64,000 nt of DNA from contig WELA01000853.1 in NCBI GenBank assembly GCA_009602735.1, positions 15,947-79,946 of the forward strand, given 5' to 3'. Source of the stretch: Mesotaenium endlicherianum (taxonomy: Eukaryota). The position numbers and the translations under genes were made by a program. Below the pieces are notes generated by a model. The model had not been told where the DNA came from. It made no database searches and worked only from the letters and a program-made list of their open reading frames with translations. Shown piece by piece: positions 62,742 to 64,000 of this stretch; positions within the stretch are counted from its first letter, which is position 1, and the number at the start of each line of letters is the position of its first letter.

Positions 62742-63384
62742 ATAAGGCACTTGTGGCATGAAGCACTGCCCAATCACCTATCTTCTGTTGGGCACTCTTG
62801 GCCTCTGGGATAGACATCCAAACAGCTTGGATAGCTTGTTCTCCTATCATCTTGACAGCCTCATGTCTAATCACTCTCAGATGAGAGTATCTAAGTGCTG
62901 CTGTATACATGAAAAGAATGCAAGCAGCTCTCATAAGCTTGTCTGTTGGAGCATCTTGATAAGCATATAACTGCATGATTTCTGACACCTTGCCAAGGCT
63001 AATAGGGGCCTTGCACTGATCAGGCCTAGGCAAGATCTTTTCTGCAGTCCTCCTGAGATTTCTCATGCCCAGACTCTCTGTAGGGCTCTGCATGTTAAGC
63101 AAATTATGCATACAGAATATAGCAGCCGAGGACAGCTTGAACACGAATATAGAGACTCCTATATCCAGCAAGTGGAGGAAATAGAGCCTTACTACTTGCT
63201 CCGAGGCAGGGAGGTCTTGAACTTGCATCTCCAGGCACCACTGCTGGAATCTCCTCCAGTAGCAGTCATAAGTTCTCAATGAGCTAGGGGCCATCGTCTT
63301 AAGGGCCATCTCCATGCCAGTAGCCTCCAGCTTGCTCAGAACAGGGTGGGTAGCCACCCATATGTCTGCGTGGATCCCGGCCAT
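62742..63384 (-). pseudogene. Tyrosine recombinase, N-terminal half of the DIRS-like element
   Basis: APSSLRTYDCYWRRFQQWC, KAPIS, FMYTAALRYSHL (catalytic R region) and IPEAKSAQ (catalytic K). Confidence 0.88.
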
Positions 63385-64000
63385 CCACCCTCAATGTCAT
63401 CATGTGACAAATAGGGTTGCCTCTCCCAGCAAATGCAGATTTATGAGTTCTTACTAGCAGAACCTCCTGGCTGGGCCCCATGTAGGAAGATTCCGAGATA
63501 AAAGGGGCCCACACACCTCTGCTAACATGCAACCTAGGCCACCAGCTGGCAGCGTGCCATTCTGGGATAACTAGAGTGCATACAGCTCTGCATCTAAGGG
63601 TATGTTGCACAGTTGCTAGAGTCAGTTCCGGAGGGGGGAAGCAGTAGTTTTATCCTCCTGCCAGTTTTCAGTGAAGGCATTAATAGCCTCTGATCTAGGG
63701 TAAGGCCATTTTGATTTAAATTTGGCACACTTGGTATTATCTAAGTGAGCAAACCTGTCTATGGATTGGGACCCCCATTTCTCCTCTAATCCGTCAAACG
63801 CGCCCGGATGCAACTCAAAATCATCTCTTTCCAGCTGAATGGAAACATCAGAAAGACTATCCTCAGACCAAGGTGTCAACCATTCCAGTTGCAAGGCAAG
63901 CTTGAAAGGGACAGTGAGGGCATAGAACTCCCTAATGAGCTGGGCCATCTGAGGGTCTGGATGAACTCCTTGCTCAAGAGCAGATAATATATCATAATCC
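63299..64000 (-). pseudogene. DIRS pol C-terminus: end of RNase H and Dam-like methyltransferase domain (frameshifted); element continues beyond the window
   Basis: IDRFAHLDNTKC.KF.SKW...SEAINAFTENW...ASP and LVIPEWHAASWWPRL are typical of the DIRS MT domain. Confidence 0.8.

Overview
Eukaryotic nuclear DNA, most likely from a streptophyte green alga or basal plant. This is inferred from land-plant-type genes, GC-rich microsatellite-laden introns, and the presence of DIRS and piggyBac elements. The first ~25.5 kb is genic: a terminal exon, a coiled-coil gene, a CRLK1-like receptor kinase (- strand), a small conserved lysine-rich protein, and an At4g14100-like gene. The rest is a nested transposon island. 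(i) A 25.3-kb element (25955-51281) has ~1.05-kb near-identical terminal inverted repeats, CAG..CTG ends and a 7-bp TSD, a Galileo/P-like geometry, but no visible transposase. It carries a TRIM, many decayed LTRs and two intact chromodomain Ty3/gypsy elements (E1 32322-39001, E2 39286-48104). (ii) A DIRS/PAT-like tyrosine-recombinase retroelement has its YR gene split by a third gypsy (E3 52909-62741, E2 family). E3 in turn contains an E1-family solo LTR and an internally deleted piggyBac. The most unusual feature is an accessory third ORF (ORF3) between pol and the 3' LTR in E2 and E3. It encodes a domain I do not recognise, is bracketed by duplicated polypurine tracts, has conserved splice signals ending exactly at its ATG, and is far more diverged between the two copies than their pol and LTRs are.
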